From: Folioceros fuciformis
Lineage: Eukaryota
Reading direction: 5' to 3'
Length of the DNA: 48,277 nucleotides
Assembly (NCBI GenBank): GCA_049999805.1
Contig: JBNGIO010005973.1
Span: forward strand, 128,877 to 177,153
Below are positions 23,422 to 36,000 of this stretch, piece after piece (position 1 is the first letter of the stretch; each line of letters opens with the position of its first letter). The notes beneath the pieces are model-generated. The model saw only the letters and a list, made by a program, of their open reading frames with translations. It was not told where the DNA came from and made no database searches. The position numbers and the translations under genes were made by a program.

Positions 23422-25274
23422 AGTTTATCATCATCTTCAGATGAAGAACCAAGGTTATCATCATCGTCTAACTTAGATGGAAAACGTATTATATCATCAC
23501 TTTCGTGTGGAGAACTTAGATGGACAACATAGTGTATCATCATGTTCGACTGAAGAACTAAGTTTATTGCCAACCTCTAACATATGTGACTTTTCTAAAG
23601 ATTATTCCTCTTAAGACAAATTGATTGAAATGTCAACTAATTACATGGGTTAAAAATTCAGGCCAAAGTTTGGTTCAAATGTTTTCAAATTCAATTATGT
23701 GAGCTAGAAGTTAGAGTTGTTACAGTAGTATATAATATTAAAATATATATTTTAATGAAGGTAATCTTTCAAACCAAACTATGATCCGAAAATATATTAC
23801 TTATAAAATTATGTTGATATTACTTATGAATTTAGGTTGATCCCTTCTGACCTCTTTAGATTCTTTCCTATTCCCATCTCTTTTAATAAGATATTTATGA
23901 GATTAAGAGGTACTAAGATTATCTCTGTTTATGAATGTTTAAACTAAAGATAAATTTTTATGATAACCGATAATCAACTAAAATTCGATTATTTTATCTA
24001 CATTAACATTTTTCATTTCACTATATGACAAATAGTACAATCACGTTAGTGGGCTTCGCTGTCCTCGCCTTGGCCATTGAGGGGCTGTGGGCAAGACTCT
24101 TGTCGGTTTTCCTGAGCATCCTCATTCCATCGAGCCCCCCCCGAAGACGAGCTTCGAGCCATACAAAGCACCAACAAGTATAGACACAAAACCTGGGCAC
24201 CTGGTATGCCTGGCATGGCAACAGAGAAGCCACGATACTGACAAGACGCTTAGCCATGCGATCTGGTTAGAGACTGCTAACAAAGAACGCGCCAAAATAT
24301 CTTCTGGATCCCCCTGCTACATTCTGATTGCGTCTAACAGAATCAGGTCCTGAATTTCACTTCAGAGTAGACGGTTTAGGAGCGCTATGAAAAAACAAGC
24401 TGGGCTTAAGCAATCTCTTACCGAACCCTGGAATTCGATGCAGGATGATCGCGGCTCCAAATTCTGTTCAAAGGGGAAGGAGCTGGTTAAGTGAAGAACT
24501 GACAACATCGTTCCTCACCATTGCAGACAGAAAATCGCAGGCAGCTTGTGGTAAAGACTGTTTTGGATACGTGCGTGAGGGTAGTATACAGCAGTTAGCT
24601 CTGCACCCAGCCTCGGTTTCATCCCACGTTGATCTCTCAGAGCACCAGTCACTACACCTTTCACAAAAGCAATAAGCACCTGTCCTATACCTCCCACCAA
24701 TGGTCCAGAGCTTTCTTCACAACACAGTCACGCCACAAAAACGCTGACGTGCAACGGACCAGCTAGCTAGAGATTAACAAGTGCAAAGACGCTGTGTAGG
24801 GCAAGGGCCGCCTAGTATACGACAGGAAACTCCCCAGCCATACATATTCACATGCAATAGTGACGTGAAGGAACCAGGGAACCAAAGGATCACATAGCAA
24901 TGAGCGTGGGAACATAAGGAATCTGACTTTGATGAAAATAGTCATAACAACAAAGTCAAATCAGCCAGGAAAGTCTACATTACCGCAGAGCATGCAACAT
25001 AATCATCATCCAGCCATCCCAACTCCCTGCATCTCAAACACTAGAGTTCCTAACATAGTTCAGACAAGAATCATGACATTTCCGTACCAGTATCTTGCAT
25101 CAACTCCAAAATTTCCTATAAAAAAATCCCTGGACAGAGACACCAGGCTGTCCTACAATTGATTGGCCTACTTGCTCTATCTACTGCTGGCCATCCCTGC
25201 CTGACAGTGCACATGCTTTACAGCAGAAACAGAGAATTTGCAGCTGGCATGGATCATGTTCGTTCTAGCGGAGC

Positions 25275-26184
25275 TCAAGGGAGTATAGCAACATCCAAGA
25301 AGTCTCCAGTCTGCATAAGGTAACAAAAATCAGAAGATGAGAAAATGAAGCGTGTAAACAACGCTGGATTCCATACAAGCATTTCATCTGACAAACCTGG
25401 AAACTCAAATCTGCTAGAGTTTTTAAATCATCCCCAGCTCGCCTTGAGCCATTTGCGTAAGTCAGTCCAACCTGCTTGAACACCAAGCTAGATGTCAGCA
25501 AGGATTGGGACAATTTGCACTTCAATTAAAGCACAAGAACTATCTCCAACAAAACGCACATTTCTGATGACATTACGGCCCCGGCGATCTGGGTACACGA
25601 AAGCAAATGAGAGCTTGGCATCTCTCCTCCTGGCGGCGGGTGCTACCTCTTTCACCTGATCCCATTTCAGTACACCGTCAACTCTCACAGGCTTGAAACA
25701 GTGGCTCTACGAACAGGGAAAGATGGGACGTGTATGCTTACCAAGTCAGTCAGTTCACGCAAGTTAGCATCTCTCCAGGTGTATATTTGCACTTCTTCCT
25801 TAGGCTCCTTACCTCGGACTGCAAAGTCCTCTACAGTATGATGGCCTCCAACCTGCCTCAGAAAAACAGCAGAATAAGACCAGAACCTGCTAAAGTAAAG
25901 ACACCCACCAAACATATCACGAAAAGCACTGACATGCTCACCTTCGTGAAAACACGAAGCAGAAGAGGGCAAGTCTGCGAAAACGCAACAAACACGATGA
26001 ATCCAGGTCCGCATTCTTGTTAAGACATTCTTGTTGGCCTTCTTGTTGTAACGGGAAATACAAACTCTACCTTCTCCCTGTCCACAACGAGCTGCGGGCG
26101 GGGAGGACCTCCAGGTCCCATCCCCATGTTACGCTGCATTGGCAGTCGTGGCGGCCTTGGTTGGACATCTGGGGCTGCTGCCAT
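25275..26184 (-). CDS. SAP18: Sin3-associated protein SAP18 (HDAC/ASAP complex), 6 coding exons
   Basis: Exons: 26184-26071 (MAAAPDV...VVDREK), 25974-25942 (TCPLLLRVFTK), 25852-25742 (VGGHH...EVQIYTWRDANLRELTDL), 25655-25560 (VKEVAPAARRRDAKLSFAFVYPD...), 25471-25397 (...DDLKTLADLSFQ) and 25310-25275 (TGDFLDVAILP*). All introns are GT-AG. Confidence 0.95.
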
Positions 26185-26425
26185 TCCGACGTTATCTATC
26201 GCGCCCGCTTACTGCGCCTCCTCCCACGACAATTGTCTACCTTCCACTGGCTCTTCCAACTGGAGCGCCAAATTCCTGTAGGTTTTAACTGTCCATCTTA
26301 CTGCGTCTAGTTTCTGTGCGACAGCTCGGTGATAAAGCGACCGACACACAGCCCACACTGGTGTATAATAATTTAGGGTTTCCCAGTTTCTCCAGGTAGT
26401 TGATTCAGCAATGTGAGTGCCTGCT

Positions 26426-27503
26426 ATGGAGGAAGGCGACAAAGAGGAGGAGGAGAAGCGGGAAGTTGGAAAGCTGGCAGTGTGGAGCGTGAGCTCAGCG
26501 AAGCCGGGGAATGGTGTGGACAAGCTTCGTGACTCCAACCTCGATACCTTCTGGCAGTATGCTCTCTATCAATTGTTTTTTTAGCTACTTGGCTCTCTTG
26601 GGAGTGTGCCTGAGGACCCTGGAGGGTCGTCCGTTTTCTCCGCGACACGATTGAGATATATATATATTTTTTCGTGCAATGCTACTAGCAGATCAGATGG
26701 TGCCCAACCGCATTTAGTCAACATTCAGTTTCAGAAGAAGGTCCGCCTCCAGGTAACTTCTGGTTCAATCCTTAAATTGTTGCTCCCTAGCTGAAGACGA
26801 TGTGTCACATATCACGCTGAGATGTCAGTGCATCGCAGCAAGTAGCTATCTATGTAAACTTTTCTACAGACGAGAGCTACACACCGAATAAGATCTCAGT
26901 TCGTGCCGGGAATTCGTTCCATGATTTACGGGTATGGCCGTAGTCTGATGTTTTGTGCGAGTTGGTTGGATGCTAAACTTAAAGCCATTTCTGCAACTTT
27001 CAGCAGTCTTTCGGTTGCAGGAAATAAAAGTTGTGGATCTGCAAGAACCCGTGGGCTGGGTGTATGTATCTCTATGTCCAAATGGCGGTGATGCGAAGTG
27101 CGTGCGGTGACGTACTCAGTAGCTTTTCCGTTAGGCATGGAATTCCGCTCAATTAACTGACTTCCTTTTGTTTTCAGAGGAGGTGAGTTTCTGCGTGCTT
27201 TCCTCGTCCAGTTGGCTGTTCTTTCAAATCACCAGAACGGAAGAGATACACACATTCATCAGATCAAGATTTTCGGGCCCAGACAGTGAGTTGATGTCCT
27301 TGGAGCTCCGCAGGTTATGGATTCGTTGTTATGTTGAGACGGCCTGAAGCTCAATGCCGTCATGGTCTGTAGAGTCCTCCAGTCTTCTACCAGATATATA
27401 TTTTTTCAGTCTGAATTTGGGTTATATGCACAGGAATGCAGTTATTGGCAACTCCTTCCAATTTACAACTGTGGACTTCAGCATGCGGTCTACTGTCCGT
27501 TAG
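26426..27503 (+). CDS. APC10: Anaphase-promoting complex subunit 10 (DOC1), multi-exon
   Basis: Spliced translation reads [48 protein letters not shown]/..[33 protein letters not shown]/..[23 protein letters not shown], ending in the IR-tail-like TVR*. Confidence 0.95.
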
Positions 27504-27983
27504 TTCTTTGGGGCTGGCCATTGGATTGCGCTGCAAATCTCAGATTCCTTCGACGATATTCTGGGACTGCTTTTTGACCTAGTCTTATGCTGCCGGTCCC
27601 AACCACCAGCATAAATCAGGAGACTCGTCTGGTTTAGACTGGGTAAGCCGGTGTTTATTTGTTTAAACTGTGACCCTCAGGTCAAGGTGCCCCAACCAGC
27701 CAGCCATGCTTGTTAAGCCCTGGCCGTGCTCTCATGGTTCATTCAGTACTTTTATTGTGACAGCTTCAAAGAGACCTACCAATGGTGTATTTTTGAGAAG
27801 TGACTGATGCTGATGTGGAGAAGAACCGAAGCTTAGCTGACCATCGAGAACCATAGCAACCAGCAGCTAGCGTCTGGAGCTTTCCACTCGGCTATCCCAC
27901 TCAGAAACCTCATGTGCCCTTTGAGTCATGTCTCCATTGCGGCGTGTTGTCTTTCAGATTAGCTTTGCCCTCCGTACGTTGCG

Positions 27984-27996
27984 AACCCTAAACCCT
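27984..27996 (+). promoter_or_regulatory. Telo-box-like motif
   Basis: AACCCTAAACCCT lies downstream of APC10; function unverified. Confidence 0.3.
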
Positions 27997-28254
27997 GCAG
28001 CTGGAACCCTGTTGTGATTGTAGAATGAGAGGAATTATTTCTGGAAAACTGTCATCACGGCACGGACCACGACCCTGACTCCAAGTGTCCTGAACTCGTC
28101 GCCTGAACTCAAGTTAAGTCTCCCCCCCACTAACACTTCCCACCGCTCGAGGTACCACGTAATGTTAGGCATCTGTAGTGGTACCTATAGTTCTCGACAT
28201 TGGTTTTCACGGGTCTTTTTCTCTTTCTGAAAAAAAAAACGTAAGCTAAACGAT

Positions 28255-29926
28255 TTATTGACCATCGCTCGGCTTCTGTGAGGGAGACTGTGCGTCGGAT
28301 GATAGACCATGTTCTGAGCTTGAAGAAGGTGGCTGTTCCGGAGTTTGAACTTCCAGGCCTCCCAAATTCAAAGACAAGCGAGTGACATCTATGTCTTCCT
28401 CAGCAGCCGCTCTGGAAGACGTTTCAGCCAGCTCCTCTTCTTTTTGTTGGTTCTCAACGGCTTTCAGTTTGGCTTGGGTGGCCATCTTGATGTTGCCTTC
28501 CACTATACCCAGCTGAACCTTGGAGAACGTTTCCACCTGGCGGTTCCCGGTACGCTTTGCGTACTTTAGGGCAGCGTTGTACTCAGTTCGAGCTTCGAGA
28601 TGCCTGCGTTAGCATGGCAGGTCTCATGTCAAACGCTCGTGAGTAAGGAGTTAATTTGTGGCTGCCGTGAAAAATTCTACTGCGTACCTCTCCATCCGGA
28701 AAGCTATGTTGCCAAGAGTGAAGTGTGCTCTGGCTTGACCGACTTGGTCATTCAGTAGTCGGCAGATTTGCAGGTACCTGGACATGCAGAACGCGGAAGA
28801 TGAACAACCGGGCTTGGTGAAGGTTTGGCACAACCTTGGGGTCAAGTTCTTGACGAGGGAAGTGATACCTTGACATGCAGGCCTTCGCGGCCAACATCTT
28901 GTCTCTTCGGAAAAGTAGGAAGCCAAGACTACTCAATGCGATGGCTTGCTCCTGTGGATTTTCTAACGTGGTACAGCATTTCAACGCTTTCTGCACATCA
29001 CATGGGTCTCAGCACCTTCGCCATAACCTGGCTCTCACAAGGAAGCGTTCAACCGAAGGGCACAAGCGATACTTGCCTTGAAAAACTGGGCTGCATCGTT
29101 CCACTTCCCCAGCTTCATGGAGATGAATCCCAAGTTTGTGAATGCCACAAACTTTCCTTGTAGGTCTGCCATTTCCGCATGCTTTATGTGGTGCTGCATT
29201 GCTTGCTCGTACTGCGGAGGGCCACAGTGAGTCAACACTTGAACGCAGCAATTTCAGACCTTTGTGACGGTGATCCGCCCCTGGTCGGAAAGACAGAGCA
29301 AACCTCGATGATGTCATCAGTTTGCGTTGCAACTTCTTCATCGTGAAGAGCATGCTTCACAGTTTGAGCTTCCTGCAAGGAGCAGCCCATGCAGTTGTAC
29401 GCCAGAGCCTGTCCTTCCTTGTCTTCTACTCTTCTACAAATGTCCAGGAATCGTTCATAGTTCTCTATCGCCTTAGGATAGTCCTGCGTTTAGCAGCAGC
29501 AAGTATCAGGTATGAGATGGCTGTCAGCACAGTCCTTATCTGCACGCCCACGCAACCAAACGACAGATAAAAAGTACCTGGCAGTTGTCATACAGAACAG
29601 CCATGCATAAGACTGCCCTTCCTTCGTCGAGCAACCGACTTGAATCATGGGATCGTTTACACGAGTCGGCAAGCACCTGGTAGTCAAGCAGCTTGTCTTT
29701 GTACCCTGGAAAACACATCTCCATCGAATGATCAAAGTGAACGCTTAATACGGACTTGCGACTTTCTCAGAAACAGTGGGTGCCTGGTGTATTTACCAAA
29801 ACCTCCTTTCTCCAGAGACTTCTTCTGGTCCTCTGCAGTCAGCCTGTTTGGAGCCCGGTACTGAATGGGTATTGGGAGACGAACAAAGCTTGTGCTTGGT
29901 CTGCAGAGCTCGAGGTCTGCATCCAT
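28255..29926 (-). CDS. Tetratricopeptide-repeat (TPR) protein, multi-exon; 5' end uncertain
   Basis: Exon fragments show TPR-like helices: EGRAVLCMAVLYDN, YEQAMQHHIKHAEMAD..GKFVAFTNLGFISMKLGKWNDAAQFFKASI, QEQAIALSSLGFLLF, CMSRYLQICRLLND..GQARAHFTLGNIAF. They end in a low-complexity C-terminus that stops at 28255. Confidence 0.7.
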
Positions 29927-30711
29927 TGGTGGCTTTGAAAATGAGCACATCGACAGATGTGGTCAGCAAAGGATTGCATGAGCATCAAGAGGCAAATTTA
30001 CGACCATGATTCTATTCTTCTTGGGCCCTTATGGACGATCCCAAGACCTTGCACTAGAGCAATGTAGAAGGAAGGACCTGAGGGTGGTGGCTTGCGTCCC
30101 AAGATGTACCGAGGAATTGGTACAGCAGGGCCCGCTTTGGAATCGCTTTTCTCTTCATACCTGGACACAAAAATAAACAACCACAGGTTCCATGAGGTGA
30201 GGAAAAGTGGAAGAGGTGGAGGAGGTCGTAGTCTAGCTCCCGGGATAGTGAGATTGTTAGTCATGAAGAGGAGTGATTGGGAAGTACCACAGACGGAGAC
30301 CTTGTGCTCTGTCATTGAGTCTCAGGCCAATGTCAGAGGGGTTCAGCTGCGCAACTGAGGTTGCCATTACCACACATCACTTCAAGATCTTATGGTAGCC
30401 AAATGGGAAATGACATAGGCCAGATGCTTGATGAAAAGGTTTGACACATCCAGGTGGACAGCTAAACGAAAGAATTGTGGTGGTTGGGTTTCAAGGCCTG
30501 ATTTGTAAAAGTCAGGTGGCAGAGTAAAACAGAATCTCTATGGGATTGTCCTCTAAAAGCACTAAGGCTTTGCAGTCCGATACAGAAGATTCATGGCCCA
30601 GATGTCTCCATATGCTCCCTCTATCCCTGAGTATCTCCTCTGAGCAGCATATAGGAAACTCAGCGCTCAATACAGAACTTGATCTGATAACTATTGCATG
30701 ACTCCATCTTG

Positions 30712-31851
30712 CTACAGAGCTCTCCAGTAGGTATAAGATTGCTGTCTTCACAAAAGCTCGTGGCTACGACACAGCTCCCGGAGTCATCTTTGCTTCACGG
30801 GGACTTTTCTACTTACAGGATTTTTTACCCTGAACTTACCCTTTGCAGCCTCCTCGGTTTCGAAGTTCATTGCCTTCAGGAGCATGGAAGGAGATCGTCC
30901 GGTAGGGTCAGCCATCTCGTCATTTTTCTTCTTCTCTTTATCCATAATCTGCTTCTGGATAACTTTCTGCGGGGAAAAACTCAGTGCATTCAAAATCCTC
31001 CAGAGACTCTATCATGCTGGAGGATGTTTCAAGCTGGAAGAAATGCCCTTCATGTCAGGTGTTATTGCAGAGATCATGTCTTGACACCATGCTGTCGTCT
31101 TCAGAGTAAGCTTGTCTGCATGCCAGTGGTCATAGATTCAGCCCTCTGATCCTGCATGCCTGTGCAGGTCAGGAAAGATGAACCCTGTTGCAATCACATG
31201 GGCTCTTAAAAAAAACATTCCATTTTGCATGTAACCATGTGGAACATTTTGGTATGGAAGATCTGGTGTGGCTTCACGGCCTACGCTTTCTCCACCTACC
31301 CTTCTTGCTGGGGAAGCACTTCTTGCAGTGCCTATTCCGTCCCACACTGAAAAAAATCCCTCATTCGCTTCTTTTCTTCTCCTCCTCCTTTCTTTTTCTG
31401 AGATCTTAACTTCACGCTCCTCCAAAGCTTCTCGGTCTGCAACTTTCTTCAAGTAAACTCTCTCCTCAGCCGCTTCCTTGTCATCTGCCTCCCGCTTCTC
31501 CCTAGCTTTCCTCAATGCCCGAAGTTCCTTCCAGTCTGACGGAACAGGAAACTTCTCTTGCACTTCCTTTAATCTTTGCTTCTCTAGTTCCTTCAAGGTC
31601 TTCTTATCAGGTCCCTTAGGCCCACGCTCATGCCTTCCAATCTTACTCAACACCACAATCTTCGGGGCTAATGCTTTTCGAGCTTGGAAACCATTGTATC
31701 CCTGAGCTAGAGCGTTGTTTCCACGAGGCTTGAACTCACGGAGGCTGTCATGGATCCAATTCAGGGAAGACGGGGCACAGTAGCTTCCCAACTGTGGTGT
31801 CGTCTCTATATCCTTCTCAACAGTCCGCTTACCCCTTTCTAGTGCCCACAT
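30712..31851 (-). CDS. Hypothetical protein with a charged coiled-coil-like segment, multi-exon; boundaries tentative
   Basis: A long open exon from ATG 31851 (MWALERG...KELEKQRLKEVQEKF...EKERRRRRKE) is followed by spliceable fragments (VIQKQIMDKEKKK...FRVKNP|GTAAGT) and a possible last exon QSYTYWRAL*. No family recognised. Confidence 0.5.
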
Positions 31852-32185
31852 TGTCTGATTTTTGAGCAACAACTGATGCCCATGCAGGGTGCGATTATGG
31901 GCCAGAACCATGTGCAGACAGATATCACCTCCCTGTCGAGACAAGGTTTCAGCCCTGGCGGTGTCTGCGAAGGGAGCTCACATCCATCAATTCATGGCAC
32001 ATTTCCAGGCCCATGAACAATGAGCCTGACCCAATGCAGCTCAGGGTTTAAGCCTTTGTGCAAAGTTTCTCACCTCAATTCCACTCGTCAATCTCATCCG
32101 CAGAGAAGCCAGAACCATACAAATCCCGCAGAGCCAACATCAAACCTGCTGCCCTTGGAGGAGAAGAAATTCTTCGTCTGGCTCT

Positions 32186-32201
32186 CTAAACCCTAAACCC
32201 T
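32186..32201 (+). promoter_or_regulatory. Tandem telo-box motif in a divergent intergenic region
   Basis: CTAAACCCTAAACCCT lies between the minus-strand hypothetical gene and the plus-strand E2F/DEL-like gene. Confidence 0.45.
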
Positions 32202-33060
32202 CCCCCCAAGGCTCTGCTCCTTCAGCTACGATCCGCCACTCGCTCGAGGGACAGCAACGCTGGCGTCGTCGCCCGCAGTTTTGGAAGGCAAGAAACTGAT
32301 TAGCAGGATCGGCAAAAGGGACAGGGGCAGGCGCAAGGTGAGGCCCAGGAAGTTGAAGCTCACGGCACAGCAGGCAGGCACGGTGGACGAGAAGCAACCT
32401 AAACGGACTGGCTTCTTTGCCTGCCCAAGAGCGGCAGAGTCCATGGCAGGAATGGAGAGCCGGGTGACAGTCTTGCTGCCGCGAAGATCTCACTCCGATC
32501 TTGTTGCCAAACCCACCCACAAGATCGACGCCATAGCCGGCCGGCAGGCAGGCATCTCATCTTGCCACTGGTCGCGTCCAGTGCCTCTTCACAGGGGCCG
32601 GACAGTCAGGTGGCCGGTTTTCTCGTTGGAGACACTCGTAACGGAACGGGACAGCCTCCAGCCATTAAGCAAACAGAGGGTCGAGCCAAGAATTAAGCCG
32701 CGAGGTCCAAAGAAAGCCGCTCTGCCTGGCTGCCTGGCCTGTCTTCCCCTTAACGTTCCTCTCCTGTTCAAACCTTTGTCATCGTCGGGCTGGAGCTCTC
32801 CTTCAGATCCTCTGTCTCCAGCTCACACCAAGGTCTCCTATTGAGCTCACGCTTTGTTTGCACGGCCAACCCATCCTTTTGACTGAACTTATGACTCAGA
32901 GGCACTCACAAACAGTGATCAAAAGCACTTGACAATTTCTGTTCGTGATCGATTTGATTGCCCAGTACTGCCATGGGAGTTGCAGCATGAATTGGTAGAA
33001 TCAGCATATCCAGGCTGCCACAACGTTGAGCCCGGGGCCAGACTCATTCACTCCAGCAGC

Positions 33061-36000
33061 ATGGTTTCAACCCACGACTCTGATGGAGAGGAGATGAGCC
33101 TGCCATACGGGAAGGAGAATTTCACAACCGTCAGCCTGGCCGGAAATCTGTACAAAAATGACGCCGAGCTCCTCTGTCCTGTTTCCACCAGCAGTGCTCT
33201 TGCAATAGCAGAATTGCAGGCAGAGCTCAGGTAATGACAAAAGTACAGGCAAAGCAATTTCTGATGACTTTGGGCTGCAGAGACAAGGTTCACGGAATCC
33301 TGAGACAAGCGGATGTGAATGTCATCTTCCGCAGAGCTTATAAGCTGGGGAAACAGAAGTGCTCTTACAACCAGGTGGAATTAGTGATCAAAGACATTGA
33401 TTGCGGAGGAAAGGTGTCGGAGCTGAAGGTTTCAGAGGCCATAGAGACGTGCGTGGGGCCAGAAGTGGATGAGCAGCTTCGGGAGAGCTGCCTCAAATTC
33501 AATGTCCGCTTTGTGAACAACAACAGGATGAATTTGTACCTGTTTGTGGTGTATGCCACGCCTGGCAGGACAACTAGGACGGAGAAAAACACAGTCCGAT
33601 ATCACTGGGTACCTGTCACACGTTCCAAATGCCGCAAAGGTGATAACTCAGAACAGTCTTTCAGGATTGTGTAGTAAGAGGAATTGACGGCTAACCTGGG
33701 ACTTTGAATGAACTGCAACCTGTAGGCTGCACGGGCCCGGTCATCAGGGGACTGCAGAGATTTGGAAGAATGCCGAGACGGGGAGCAGGTGCAGCTGAAG
33801 GAGGAGAGGATTCCTGGAAGGAGCCAAGACATTTGTATATTGCAATAGACGAAGCCAGCACACACGTCTGCCCTAGAGATGAGACCTCCAAGTTCAGACT
33901 TCTTCTTGCAGCTTACGATGACAGGCAGCAGTTGATGGGCACCACGGTATCCAGCAGTATACGTGTTTTAGCCAACAACGACGCTCCTCTGGGTGCAGCC
34001 TCCTTCAAGCTTCACTGCCACATCAGAGGTAAGACTCGTAACACAAGTATGTCAAGGTCAGAACTCTGAGCATCTGTGCATCCGTTACCGTGTGCTTCCG
34101 GATACAATGTCAGGCGGTTGGAGGTCCTCAAGCTCTGCACAGTTCAACTCCAAGGCTGATAGATCCGCAACTTGCAACAGAGCTCCATTACAAGGTACCC
34201 ATGGTGTGAAGATTGCAGCACTGTGAAGCATTCGTCTTGAACCAACTTGCCCTCCTTCAAGTGGGACCAATCTAACAATGAGTAGGGTGGGCAGCAGCTC
34301 TACTGCAAAACAACAGCCCAACCCGGAGCTGCAGCACCAGTACACACACATCAAGTGAGGAGACACACCAGGTGGTTGAGTCTCCAACATCTGTTCATCA
34401 AAGCTTTCTGGCCACAGATCAATCATCCCAACAACAGGTGGACAAGCTTGCACCTGTGACTGTGGCAGATGTGAGCGTAAGACATGTAGGAGGATCTTGA
34501 CCATCCGTGACCATCTCAATCGTGCGCAGATTCATACCTGTTCAGGCAAGTACAGATCCAAATGCAGTGCCTGGTCGGAAGACATGAATTGTCAAAGGAA
34601 GCAGTCACTCACAGAACTGTGCGATCGGCTTTTCGAGACGTATGGAGGAAAGCAGGACACCGTGATGACTCTTAAAACTGTATCCAATTTGCTAGGTGAG
34701 TTGACACTCACAAGCGCACAGGCCCCCCGTGATGCCGCGTTTCTTTGCACTCCATGGGTCGGCACTGACTGCACAACACTTGTCTTCAGGGACCAGGAAA
34801 AACCGCATTGGTGACGTCTTCAATGTGCTGGAAGTTCTAGAGGTGGTGAGACACCAGGACAGGGATTCTTACGTATGGCTTGGCTATCAGCAGATCAGCC
34901 ACAGATTAGGAGAGCTCCAGGTACAAGCACCACTCTTGCTAGAGAACTGCATAGATCGATTTCAAAAGCGGTGGAATTCGAACACCAACAGGCATGCTTG
35001 GTATGCTTCATGATATCTGTGCTAGACGGAAATGACGAGCATGAGCGAGAGACGTGACTGTCAGATGTGCCGGCACACCTCCGGCACGCGAGCGATGCAA
35101 GAACTAGGTGACACCGAGCCAACCTTGATCAGAATCATGAGCAGTAATGGCAGGAGCTCTCCAGATTCAGTTTTGCCACTAAAGAGCATGTCCCTCAACG
35201 GCAATGAATACAATGCACAGACAACTTCCCGCGCTGTCGTGTACGGAACAGAAAGGAACGACTCTGAAGCAAAGCATCTAGCTCGCAATGAACGAATGGG
35301 TGGTACATTAGATGCCCCAAAACTTCACAGTTCCCGCCAGACGATAGCAGATGGCATCCAGCGAGTACTAACAGCTGCTGGAATGTGTGCGCTGCAGATA
35401 ATGCTGTCGGGCAGCTCACAAGGAAGTTTCTACAGCTGTTTCTGATGGATGAGGTTTGAGTGTAGCTCTTCTCCCGATTCCCCTGTTCGCTCATCACTGC
35501 CATGGACAATCACAAATCAAGGAGATAGCGCTAATATGCTGTCTGTTTACCAGGGATTACTTGTTGGTTGGGATCATGCAGTCAGAGCAGTACTTGATGA
35601 TGCGGACATCCAGCACACTGTTCGTGGTGAGGCATGCTAGCAGAGATAAGACTAAAGGACTTCTGCACTTCTGCTTTCACAAAAGCATGCTGATAGACGT
35701 CAATGCTTCTGGAACACACAGTTCAAATTAGGCGGCTACTGGATATTGCAACCGTCCTATGTGCCTTGCACCTCATCAGGAGAATTGGAAGCTATAACTC
35801 CAGCTGCTGCTATGAATGGCTTGGAGCCCGAGGCGTGATCAACCATTTCATGTCCAGGGGTATCTTGTCACCATCTGCCATCACTGCTGCAAGTCTTCTA
35901 ACAGTCAAGAAGTAAACAGATTGGGAAGGTCCAGCAATTGTATCCGGGTCGAACAAGAAATGTTTCTGCGAGTAGCAGCTTACTTCACAGATGTGCAGAT

